NCBI GenBank assembly: GCA_950097015.1
Contig: CATNEN010000041.1
Location: forward strand, 992,001-1,056,000
Length of the DNA: 64,000 bases
Reading direction: 5' to 3'
From: Macrostomum hystrix
Lineage: Eukaryota > Animalia > Platyhelminthes
The first letter of the stretch is position 1, and every line of letters begins with the position of its first letter. The notes under the pieces are model-generated. The model was given only the letters and a program-made list of their open reading frames with translations, was not told where the DNA came from and did not search any database. Positions 1 to 10,700 of this stretch are shown here, one piece after another. Both the position numbers and the translations under genes were made by a program.

Positions 1-214
1 TACATGCTTGTATGCTCTATAAGCTTCGACTGGAACCGGGTGCCAGGAATAGCAGAAATCTTGAAATAAACATTTGGACCGTCCATTGATACCTGTAGGA
101 CGGATAATAGTGGCTGGTTTTTTTTAAACGAAGTCAATTGTGTCTTCGTAGCATTAGAATTTCTATATAATTAATTGGCTAGAGTCAGTTTTCCGTCAGT
201 AATTTTCAGCGGAG

Positions 215-2723
215 ATGTCAGGCCGGGCAGCGCCATCAAAGCCTTCGGCCTTGGTGTCGGCGGCTCTCCAGCAGCACCTGCTGCAGCGGATGGGCGACTT
301 CGGTAGCAGCGGTATGCCGTTCCGCCTGCCCAGCATCAACGCCAGGCCCTGGGGCGCTCAGGGACCATCCAGCGGTGGCAGCAGCAAGGCCAGGCTGAAG
401 GCCGTGAAGCCTGTGGTCGACACCGGACTCAGTGAGTTGCTGTGGATTCCTGAAAACAGGACCCTGAAAACAAACTCGCCAACATTGAAAGCCGCTCTCT
501 TAAATAACAGTTTGTTTATAATGAATAATGCCTAATATAAACGTGAGAACTATGCTCAACTTGGCCTGCAAATCATTCCTTTAGGAAAGCCGCGCCGAGA
601 GAAGCCCAAAGACGACCCCAGCGCGACATTTGCCACGCAGCTGCTGCTGAGCAAGAAGGAGAAAGTGCTGGACGCGAAGCGAGTGGAAAAACCAAATTTA
701 GGTAGGACCTGATTGAAAATTGTATCAGAAAATTACTCCCAGATCCTAGCTGGTTCTGTAATTAGCCATTCCATCCCTTGAGATCCTTCGGCTTTAGTTA
801 CCTACCAGACCGAGTGCTGAAAGTTTAGGGTTCAGCAGCCCCACTCCCAGATCCCCAGGTTGTAGCTGCCACACTTCCAGATCCCCAAATTGTAGCTGCC
901 CTACTCCCAGATCCCCAGGTTGTAGCTGCCCCACTCCCAGATCCCCAGGTTGTAGCTGCCCCACTCCCAGATCCCCAGGTTGTAGCTGCCCCACTCCCAG
1001 ATCCCCAGGTTGGAGCTGCCCCACTCCCAGATCCCCAGGTTGTAGCTGCCCAACTTCAGATCCCCAGGTTGTAGTTGCCCTACTCCACGATCCCCAGGTT
1101 GTAGCTGCCCCACTCCCAGATCCCCAGGTTGTAGCTGCCCCACTCCCAGATCCCCAGGTTGTAGCTGCCCCACTCCCAGATCCCCAGGTTGTAGCTGCCA
1201 CACTTCCAGATCCCCAGATTGTAGCTGCCCCACTCCCAGATCCCCAGGTTGTAGCTGCCACACTTCCAGATCCCCAGATTGTAGCTGCCCCACTCCCAGA
1301 TCCCCAGGTTGTAGCTGCCACACTTCCAGATCCCCAGGTTAATTACGCTGATTTAAGCATGCCCATCTTTGTTCGCAACTTGAACAGCCCAGAGACTCGG
1401 TCTGGTGGAGTACGAGCGTCCGCAGGCTCTGTCCGAGGAGGCCTGGCAGTCGCTGAAGCGTCGCCCGAATGTTCAGGACGCCATTCAGGAGCCCTGCGTC
1501 ATCTGCAAAGAAGACTTCGGCCTGCAGGACCAGGTGCTGCTGTCTTGCTCGCATGTGTTCCACAAGGTGAGTCTACGTATCCAAAACGGAGTATATTTGA
1601 GTATCAATCGGTCTCTTGATCATGATTATATCCCGATCCCTATTCAGGAATTCTCCCGATTTCAAGCCTCCGGTGGGATTTATCCCTTATCCCCTATTCC
1701 AAATATTTCCGGCAGGAGTTCCCTCATCTCGCGGTTAGTGACCTGCCCTGATTCCCACTCTCTGTTTCGATCCATCTGTCAGGCCTGCCTGGAAGCATTC
1801 GAGCGGTTCTCCGGCCGCAAGTCCTGCCCGATGTGCCGCAAGGAGGCTTACGAGAAGCGCCAGATCTACGACGGCGAGTATCAGCACCTGGTCAGGTGCG
1901 CCACAAGGTAAGGAAATTGGGCTCTGGGTGATTGTTTGATGGACATTGAGAAACACTTGCACCGGTGCTCCCTGGCTTCGCCTCGCAGAATCCAGGCCGC
2001 ATGGCGCGGCTACGTTGCCCGTCGTCTCTACCGGCAGCTGCGACGCCTGCGGCCGCCGACGGACCCCCGCCTGAGGCGCCGGTTCTACGAGGAGCGCCTG
2101 GCCGAAGTGTCCGACCGGATGGTCCGCTGCTGCGACCTCGGCGTCAACGACTTCCTGGCCGACATCGACCGCTGCGTGGCGGCCAGCCGGCGGGTGTTCC
2201 AGGCCTGGTCGGGCGCCGGGCGGGACCTCACCGAGGAGCAGTGGGGCGAGACCGCCGGCAAGGTACTGATGGAAAACCCGATCCCTAGCAGTCATCCCTT
2301 AAATATTTATGGTTAAACTATTGATTAAAATATTTGTGTCGTGAGTAATTTTCCGGACATCTCATAAAGTGGTGAGTGAGAAGTGAGTATTAGAACAGTT
2401 AGCAATTAATCTAAAACCTATTTTTTATCCCAGCTGCGAAATCCCAACCCTGGCTCCTCCAGGCCATTCGCCGCTGCGACGCCGACTGCCCGATCTGCCT
2501 GCTGCCGTTGGCCGTGCCCGCCTCTGCCGTCAGCGCCGCCGCCGCCGCCACGGCTCTGGCCCGCCCGGCCGTACTACTCTCCTGCTCGCACGTCTATCAC
2601 ACCGTCTGCATCGCCACCTTCGAAGAGCTGGTTTGCGGCGCCCCGGCCCGCCTCTGTCCGGTGTGCCGTGCCCCGGCCTATCAGAAGCGGCCCATTGACC
2701 CCAACATCCTGCTGCCCGGCTGA
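215..2723 (+). CDS. RNF32: RING finger protein 32-like (two RING-H2 fingers flanking an IQ motif), 6 exons, ~390 aa
   Basis: Exons 215-431, 585-701, 1388-1566, 1783-1907, 1989-2262, 2463-2723, all GT-AG and phase-consistent (1173 nt). RING1 CVICKEDF..LLSCSHVFHK|ACLEAFERFSGRKSCPMC, IQ motif RIQAAWRGYVARR, RING2 CPICL..LLSCSHVYHTVC..CPVC. AATAAA at 2889-2894. Confidence 0.9.
835..1340. repeat. 30-bp minisatellite (CCCCACTCCCAGATCCCCAGGTTGTAGCTG) in RNF32 intron 2
   Basis: About 17 tandem copies read directly; explains the ORFs at 794-1323. Confidence 0.95.
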
Positions 2724-2989
2724 GACCGCCTGCTGTGCCTGCCCTGCATTATTCCGTCCAAGCTGTGATATGCGAAAGCCTTCTTTATACTGGGGATCTG
2801 TTGATCTCATACTCGTACAAGCTGTTTATAATGGCACACCTAAACAAACGATAAAATACTTTTGATACCGCGGATGTTTGATATTTTTAATAAAAGACGT
2901 GATATTTTACTGTCTTATTCTGAGTGGGATCGCAGTGAGGAGAACTCCGGTTAAATGGGATTTGATTCGCTGGGATTCTAGTTGCATGT

Positions 2990-3585
2990 GATCAGAGTGA
3001 GTGGGATTCTAGTTGGATGGGATCAGAGTGAGTGGGATTCTAGTTGGATGGGATCGGAGTGAGTGGGATTCTAGTTGGATGGGATCAGAGTGAGTGGGAT
3101 TCTAGTTGGATGGGATCGGAGTGAGTGTGATTCAAGTAGATGGGATCAGAGTGAGTGGGATTCAAGTTAGATGGGATCGGAGTAAGTGTGATTCAAGTAG
3201 ATGGGATCGGAGTGAGTGTGATTCAAGTTGATGGGATCAGAGTGAGTGTGATTCAAGTATATGGGATCAGAGTGAGTGTGATTCAAGTAGATGGGATCAG
3301 AGTGAGTGTGATTCAAGTAGATGGGATCAGAGTGAGTGGGATTCAAGTTAGATCGGATCGGAGTAAGTGTGATTCAAGTAGATGGGATCAGAGTGAGTGT
3401 GATTCAAGTTAGATGGGATCGGAGTGAGTGTGATTCAAGTAGATGGGATCAGAGTTAGTGTGATTCAAGTAGATGGGATCAGAGTGAGTGGGATTCAAGT
3501 TAGATGGGATCGGAGTGAGTGTGATTTAAGTAGATGGGATCAGAGTGAGTGGGATTCAAGTTAGATGGGATCGGAGTGATTGGGA
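2990..3585. repeat. 30-31-bp minisatellite (GATGGGATCAGAGTGAGTGTGATTCAAGTA) between RNF32 and MIGA
   Basis: Tandem copies with two sub-variants read directly. Confidence 0.95.
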
Positions 3586-3680
3586 TTATAGTTTAATGGC
3601 ATGGGATCAAAGACTGTTGCCTCAAGGCATGTCTCGTATTGCTTGCAGACGTAGAACTCTCGAGCCGCAGTGCACCAAGA

Positions 3681-6027
3681 ATGGCATCTCTGGTGGTGTC
3701 CCGTCGAGCCCTTCAGCTGGCTCTGGCAGGCGCCGGTGTGTCAGCCGCCCTGCTGGCCTGGTACCTCCGCTGGCGCGCCGCCCGCAGGCAGCAGCAGCGA
3801 CGCAGCCGTCTAGACCACGACGGCATCGGGGGCAGCGGCGACCTGATGTTGGACTATCCGCCAATCAATGGCTGCTGCGGCTGCGCCTGCCACCAGGTCG
3901 TGCTCGGAGGCGCGGCCACCCCAGCTGCAGTTGCAGCCGCCCCACCCACCTGCGGCAGCCGTCAGAGCCGCAAGTTCAGCAGCAAGCGAGGCAGTGTCCG
4001 CAGCGGTGGCAGTCATCGCCGACTGCGGCTAGACGAAGTCGACATTGTCGCAGCCGAGACTTGCAACGGCCTCGATGGAACACGTTCGGGTATCGAGGCG
4101 CTGCACCGAGTCATCGCCGACCTCGAGACTTCGCTTGAGAGCTTTGATGGACTCTCGAGTCCCGCCGGCGCCTTTGATGGTGGCAGAGGCGGATCCGGTG
4201 GCGAGTCGGAGCTTTTGGCCGAGCTGCGCAACCTCCTGGAGACGGCCTACCGCATCCGGGAGAGGGCCAAGCAGCGGGCCCTGGCTGTCGACGAAGCCTA
4301 CCTGCCGTCCACGGACGTCAGTGACGAAGACAGCGACGCCGATTCGTTTGTCAGCGCATTGGAACAGCTGGACATCAGCGATCTGGATGATCAGGTCTGG
4401 CTGCGCATCCTGGGAGCCATCAACTTATTAACTCCAATTTCAACTGATCGAATTCTTCTTCACCCCCATCTTTAATTGATCCCATCCGTCATTGATCCCA
4501 TTCATTATTGACCATATCCTTCATTGATCCCAGCCATCATTGATCCCATCCTTCATTAACCCCATCTTTCATTGATCCCAGCCGTTATTCATCCCATCCT
4601 TCATTAACCCCATCTTTCATTGATCCCAGCCGTCATTCATCCCATCCAGCATGGATCCTATCCTTCATTGATCCCAGCCGTCATTCATCCCATCCAGCAT
4701 GGATCCTATCCTTCATTGATCCCAGCCATAATTTATCTCATCCATCATGGATCCTATCCTTCATTGATCCCAGCCATAATTTATCCCATCCATCATGGAT
4801 CCTATCCTTCATTGATCCCAGCCATAATTTATCCCATCCATCATGGATCCTATCCTTCATTAATCCCATCTTTCATTGATCCCAGCCATCATTGATCCCA
4901 TCCATTATTGATCATATCCTTCATTGATCCCAGCGATCATTGATCCCATCCGTCATTGATCCCAGCCATCATTGATCCCATCCGTCATTTGGGATCATTT
5001 TAGGATCCCATTCATCATTGATGCCATCCTTCGTTGATCCCATCTTCATCGTGCATTTATCCCATCCATCCTAGATCCCATCGCTATCATTGCTCATCCC
5101 ACTGTTGAATGCCCTCAGATGCGCCTGGCCAAATGTGACAGTGCTCACCTGTACAGGGCGGCGCTGCTCGAGCTGGAAAATGGCAGCGTGCCGTTCAGAA
5201 AGCTGCGCACCGGCACGCTTGGCTGCTCAACGGACACCGAGTACTTGGCCAGGCTGCACTGCGTCCGGCTGGCCATGGACCAGCTCATGGCCGACAGGTG
5301 CGCGCTGCCTATCCTGCTACTTTTGCTTTGGCATTTTGCTTATCTGCATCTACTGCAAGTAGCATTAAATGCGCACGTAATGACTTTTCCGCTACTCGAA
5401 TCCCGCAGGGCCAGCGCCAACTGGTTTCGCGTGACCGGCCGCGAGCTGGGCGCCCTCCTGCTGGACCGGCTCGGCTGCGATGTACAGCCCTTCGAGCTGG
5501 CCTACCGCGAGCTGCTGCAGTTCCTCGACTCGCCCGAAGCCGCCGAGGCCATTCGGCGCGACCTCTCGCCCAAGGGTGTGCGCGTGTTCGGCCTTTACGA
5601 CATCGCCTTCGACTACATGCTGCTGGACGCCTTCGAGGAGCTGGCCAGCCCGCCGCCGTCCATTGTGTCGGTGCTGCAGAACCGCTGGCTGTCGGCCGGG
5701 TTCAAGCGCTCCGCACTGGACAGCACGGTCTGGACTCTGGTGCTGGCCAAGCGGAAAATGCTGGGCGGGGCGCGGGGCTTCTCCTACCACTTCTACGGCC
5801 TGGTGGCTAGCCTGGGCCCCGCGCTGGCCTGGGGCTTCCTGGGCCCCGACCAGCGGGCCAACAAAATCTGCGAGGCGCTGCGCAAGGCCGCCACACAGTT
5901 CGCCGAGGACGTGTTCAGCCCGCAGCGGGTGCGCTTCACCACCGTGGACGATCTGGCAGACGACGTCATGACCTGCGCCCAGCGCTCTGTCAGGTCCCTG
6001 CGGGAACGGCTGGCCGAGTGCGACTGA
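3681..6027 (+). CDS. MIGA: Mitoguardin (MIGA/FAM73), mitochondrial outer-membrane lipid-transfer protein, 3 exons, ~503 aa
   Basis: Exons 3681-4394, 5119-5297, 5409-6027 (1512 nt, in phase). N-terminal anchor ALQLALAGAGVSAALLAWYL, FFAT-like DSDADSFVSALE, conserved C-terminal motifs YLARLHCVR, YDIAFDYMLLDAFEEL..PP.SI.SV.QNRWL, LAWGFLGP. First donor (GTCTGG) is weak. Confidence 0.88.
4470..5045. repeat. Compound CATTGATCCCA-core tandem repeat (~48-bp higher-order unit in the centre) in MIGA intron 1
   Basis: Repeated CATTGATCCCA / ATCCTTCATT blocks read directly. Confidence 0.9.
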
Positions 6028-6759
6028 ACTCAGAATACTCAAATCTGATTTGGATCTGTCGTATTGCCCATTTATCCCAGTTATCCCATCTCCCATTCGC
6101 CCTTCCCTCAACTTTGTACCACCGGCTTTCCTCTGCCATCTGCATCTGACACACCTGTCTCATCTGCCCCTCATTCCCCACCTGAGTCAATCATGAGCTC
6201 ACTGAGCTGGAGTGTCCAGTCATATTGAGGCTAGTTCTAGTTGCCGGTAGAGATCTGACAGCTTATGCGTGCAGGCACAGTTATTTTAGATCGCATGCTA
6301 CTTTGACATTGCTAATTATTTAATTAGCTTAGTGACGTCATTCCACTGGAAGTGTTTTATTTTCTCTATTTTTATGAAGTCGCACGCACGCAGTCCCCCC
6401 CATTTTATTACTGAGAGGTGGACTCTGTTGCCATGCCTTACCAGCCTTTCGTTTTGTCCTTCTCAACCTGCGCAGCCGTGAAAGGGCCAGGCATCTTTGA
6501 GAAACTTGTTTAAAGGCATTCTGCGGAGTTCTCAGTGTCGGATCTGAATGTCCAAGAAATAGAATCTATGCTTTTTTATCTGTTTGAAAACGTGTTTCAC
6601 AATTTCAATCTAAATGTTTACAGTGAACAGTGACAAGCTTTGTCAGATCCCTAAACATTCTCTGTTAGATTTGCAGTACTGAAATATTAATGGAATCGCC
6701 GTTTCTCTTTTCATTCTTTTGAAGTAGCCCTTTAAATTAGTTTTTAAGTAACAACATTC

Positions 6760-7210
6760 AAGGGTGGGAAGGCGACGGAAATGAAGGGTGGGAAGGCGAC
6801 GGAAATGAAGGGTGGGAAGGCGACGGAAATGAAGGGTGGGAAGGCGACGAAAATGAAGGGTGGGAAGGCGACGGAAATGAAGGGTGGGAAGGCGACGGAA
6901 ATGAAGGGTGGGAAGGCGACGGAAATGAAGGGTGGGAAGGCGACGAAAATGAAGTGTGGGAAGGCGACGGAAATGAAGGGTGGGAAGGCGACGGAAATGA
7001 AGGGTGGGAAGGCGACGGAAATGAAGGGTGGGAAGGCGACGGAAATGAAGGGTGGGAAGGCGACGAAAATGAAGTGTGGGAAGGCGACGGAAATGAAGTG
7101 TGGGAAGGCGACGGAAATGAATGGTGGGAAGGCGACGAAAATGAAGGGCGGGAAGGCGAAGGAAATGAAGGGTGGGAAGGCAGCGGAAATTAAGGGTGGG
7201 AAGGCAGCCG
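6760..7210. repeat. 24-bp purine-rich minisatellite (GAAATGAAGGGTGGGAAGGCGACG)
   Basis: About 18 near-identical copies; gives the MKGGKATE and antisense FPPFISVA ORFs. Confidence 0.95.
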
Positions 7211-7450
7211 AAATGAAGGGTGGGAAGGGTGGAGATATAATTTCACGAACAATGAGACGATTGTTGAAGGCAGAGGGACAAAGCGGGATTCTCAATTCTC
7301 AATTGGTTGGCTGTCTGAATTGCCATTGTGAATTGGTGAAATTCAGATTGTGGAATGCGCGACAGTTAAGTTTTCTACTGCTATAAACCGATAGAAAATA
7401 CATGAAGGCTTAACGAGTCCTGAGGTCGCTCAGTTTATCCGAAAATCAGC

Positions 7451-7463
7451 TTTATTGAATAAA
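7451..7463. terminator. Back-to-back poly(A) signals TTTATT-G-AATAAA
   Basis: TTTATT 7451-7456 (AATAAA on minus, ~340 nt after the mucin stop) and AATAAA 7458-7463 on plus. Confidence 0.5.
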
Positions 7464-7791
7464 TAACAAATAACGGTCAATGATTGATTTAACAGAGTCG
7501 GTTGGTTACACGGGCAGTGGAGACGCAACCGCCCCATTGAGCAGCTGATCTGCTGCTCTTAATCTTGTAGAATTTTCACTTGAATTTCGAAATTGTGCTA
7601 ATTTTTTGTCATTCAGTTGGCTGCCGCGGGGCGGAGAGGTCTCAAGCTTACTGCGCGCATTCACTTGAAAGCAAGTCAAAGTTGCCGTCTATGTCTATAA
7701 TTGGATAGGGGGTGCGCTAAATATTTAATAAAGTAATTTCTGTATTGCGCTAATCCGGCATCCGGGAACGAACAGTTACAGTAACGGCCGC

Positions 7792-10700
7792 TCAGGGCCC
7801 GCTGCAGGGCTGGCACTGGCACGACTTGGCGGTGCGGAAGTTCCTGGTGTGCACAGACTTGTCCGGGCAGGTCAGCTTCACCGGCCTGTTGATGGTGCTG
7901 ACGGCCTGGCAGCAGTAGTGCGAGCTGCCCTGGTTCAGGTACAGGTCCTGTACCCGCTCCGCCATGGTGGGCTGGCAATAGCCGGAGCAGTACTGCAGGT
8001 CCGGCACCACCTCCACATTCGCGCACTCGGCGCTGTTCACCTGGGCCTTGAAGATGCCGATGGTGGTGGTCAGCGGGGAGTAGGTCTTGATCGTGCAGTT
8101 CGTGCATTCGTCAATGGCTGCGGAGGGGCGGTTGTTGGATTAGTTAGTTGCTAGGAGCAATTTACATCCAAGGAGTAATGCAGTTCTGCAAAGCGCGCAA
8201 ATGATTCTCACAGGGCAGGCGGCAAGTCTCGCAGCACTCGTCTGGCTTGGGCAGCTGGCCAGGCCTGCAGAGCTGCACAGGCGGACACTTGATCTGCTTC
8301 TCCTGGACTCGCAGCTCGCCATTCGGCAGCTCAGCGCACTCGGACTCGTAGCAGTCCTGCTGCGAGGGGATCTTCTGCCCGATTTCCACTTCGGTTCCGT
8401 TAATGATGCAGCACCTGTGTGTGTCCACTTCAATCACGCGGTTGTAGTAGTCATCCTCGTCCGGGTTGCGCTCGCAGCGAACTCCGCGACAGTTGCTGAG
8501 CCAGTGGGTTTCACCCTCCTTCAGGTAGACCGACGAGCCCTGCACTTTGATCTCGCAGCGGCACTTCTCCACGTTGGGGCAGCACTCTCCGGGCTGGGCT
8601 TTGGGCTGCACCGCGCACTCGAAGTCGCGGATGGGCGGGCAGTGAATGTCCTCGCAGACCAGCTTCGGCTCCTCACCCGGCTGCTCGTAGCAGATGCAGA
8701 CCCGGCACTTGCCCTCCTTTCGAACGTCGCCCACCTCAAGCTCAATTCGCACCAATTCAGTCGGCCGATTGTTCGTGTTGTAGACATTCTCCGTCTGATT
8801 GCTCAGGTAAACGCAGACGCGTCGAGGTTCAGTGGTTGTGAACGTCGGGCCGGAGCTCGTGCTCGTGGGGAAAACACTAATGGTGCTGCCGCTGACTGTA
8901 CTGCTGGCACTGGTGCCGCTGACTGTGCTGCTGGCACTGGTGCCACTGACTGTGCTGCTGGCACTGGTGCCGCTGACTGTGCTGCTGGCACTGGGGCCGC
9001 TGACTGTGCTGCTGGCGCTGGTGCCGCTGACTGTTCCGCTGACTGTACTGCCGCTGATGGTAGTTCCTTCCTCGCACTCGCACTCACAGTTGGGCGGGCC
9101 GGAACTGATGGGGCCACGGCCAGGCGGACAGCTCGGGCAAACGAAGGGGGCGCAGTGGTAGACGCCGTGCTGAATGCAGGTGCACAATTGGCAGTCTGAC
9201 GTCTTGATAACGTGTCCAGGCTGCAGGTTGTGTAAAATCTTATGAGTCTGCTTGTTCTGCTGTGCAATTCAGACTAACGCTCAATGTGGCAAACCTTTAT
9301 CCTGCGGCCCTCGATGATGCAAGGACAGTCCTCAACGCAGCTGAGCCCATCGCACATGAGAGGCGGAGGGCAGAACATTGGGCACATCGACGTGTCGTTG
9401 ACCCCGGGGCAGACACGCGGCTTTGGTGGCGTCGGAGGAGTAACAATCTCCCGTGTCACAGTCTCGGGCGCTGAGGGTTTCAAAGGTTGAATGTGATTTT
9501 CGATAGCGATTTTAATTTGATGGCTAGTCTGTTAGTCTTGATCTGATACGAGATTGGGTAGTTGCTAAATATTCTGATAACAGCGGAGATTGCATATCAA
9601 GAACGAATCCACGATGCCGCTTACTGAATTTGTTCGTCTGTGTGGCTGAAATCAGAATTGAAAACAAAAAGGAATCAATTATGCATAGAAGAGTAGGAGG
9701 AAGAAGCACAGAATCAAATAAAATCTAAACAAAACTCCTACCCTCCGTCGTCCTGTTCGGCTCAAGAGTCGCTGAAAAAAAGCGAAATTTATAGTTTCGC
9801 AGAGAACAGAACATATTTCAAAGTAAAACAGATATTAAAATTCAAGCAAACATCAAATCGGATGATACTCACCGAAGCACTCGCAGAAGTATCGGACCTC
9901 GTAGTCCAGACACTTGGTGGGGTACTGGTTCTCGTTCTTGCACACCAGGCCTTCGTTCACATCGCAGATGAGCTCCTGGGGAATGTCGGTGACGTCCTTC
10001 TTGCTGTCCGAGTCTCGGCACTGGATGCTGATCGGGTTGGGACAGAATCCAGGCCAGCGGTCTCTGGCCTTCTCGATGGTCTCGATGTCTCCGTCACCGG
10101 TGGACGGGTTGTCCAGATTGATCCAGTCGGTCCATTCCTCACAGACGGTGGTTTGTGTGCTTGGGACAAACGTGGTTTCCTGGGTCGTTGGTCTCGGAGT
10201 CCTTGTAGTCTCTGAAGGAGTCTCCGAGCTCGGAGTCCTTGATGGCTCAGACGGAGTGGGTGGGCTCGGAGTCCTTGATGGCTCGGATGGAGTGGGTGGG
10301 CTCGGAGTCCTTGGTGTCTCAGACTGAGTGGGTGGGCTCGGAGTCCTTGATGGCTCGGATGGAGTGGGTGGGCTCGGAGTCCTTGATGGCTCAGACGGAG
10401 AGGGTGGGCTCGGAGTCCTTGATGGCTCGGATGGAGTCGGTGTTTTTGGAGTCCTTGATGGTTCTGACGGAGAGGGGCTAGGAGGTGACGGCGCTTCGGA
10501 TGTCGCATTTGTCTCTGGAATTGTTGGAGTCGTTCGTTAAATACGATTGCAGCTGCTTGTATGTTCATTGATTCAGCATTTTATTTTGCAATAACTATAA
10601 GCTGCCAATAAAAATGCGTGATACGGTAGGATTTTGTAGTTTCTTCTTGTCTGCTGCTATTGTTTACATTAAAAACTTTTTAGTGGTGTATAGTGGTCGT

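Noticed and set aside
794-1323. AATTWGSGSG / QLQPGDLGVG repeat ORFs
   Set aside because: Translations of the 30-bp intronic minisatellite inside RNF32.
8201-9199. 332-aa plus-strand ORF and the long GVLDGSDGVGGL ORFs at 9914-18200
   Set aside because: Antisense shadows of mucin exons; GC-rich codon bias and repeats keep the opposite strand open.
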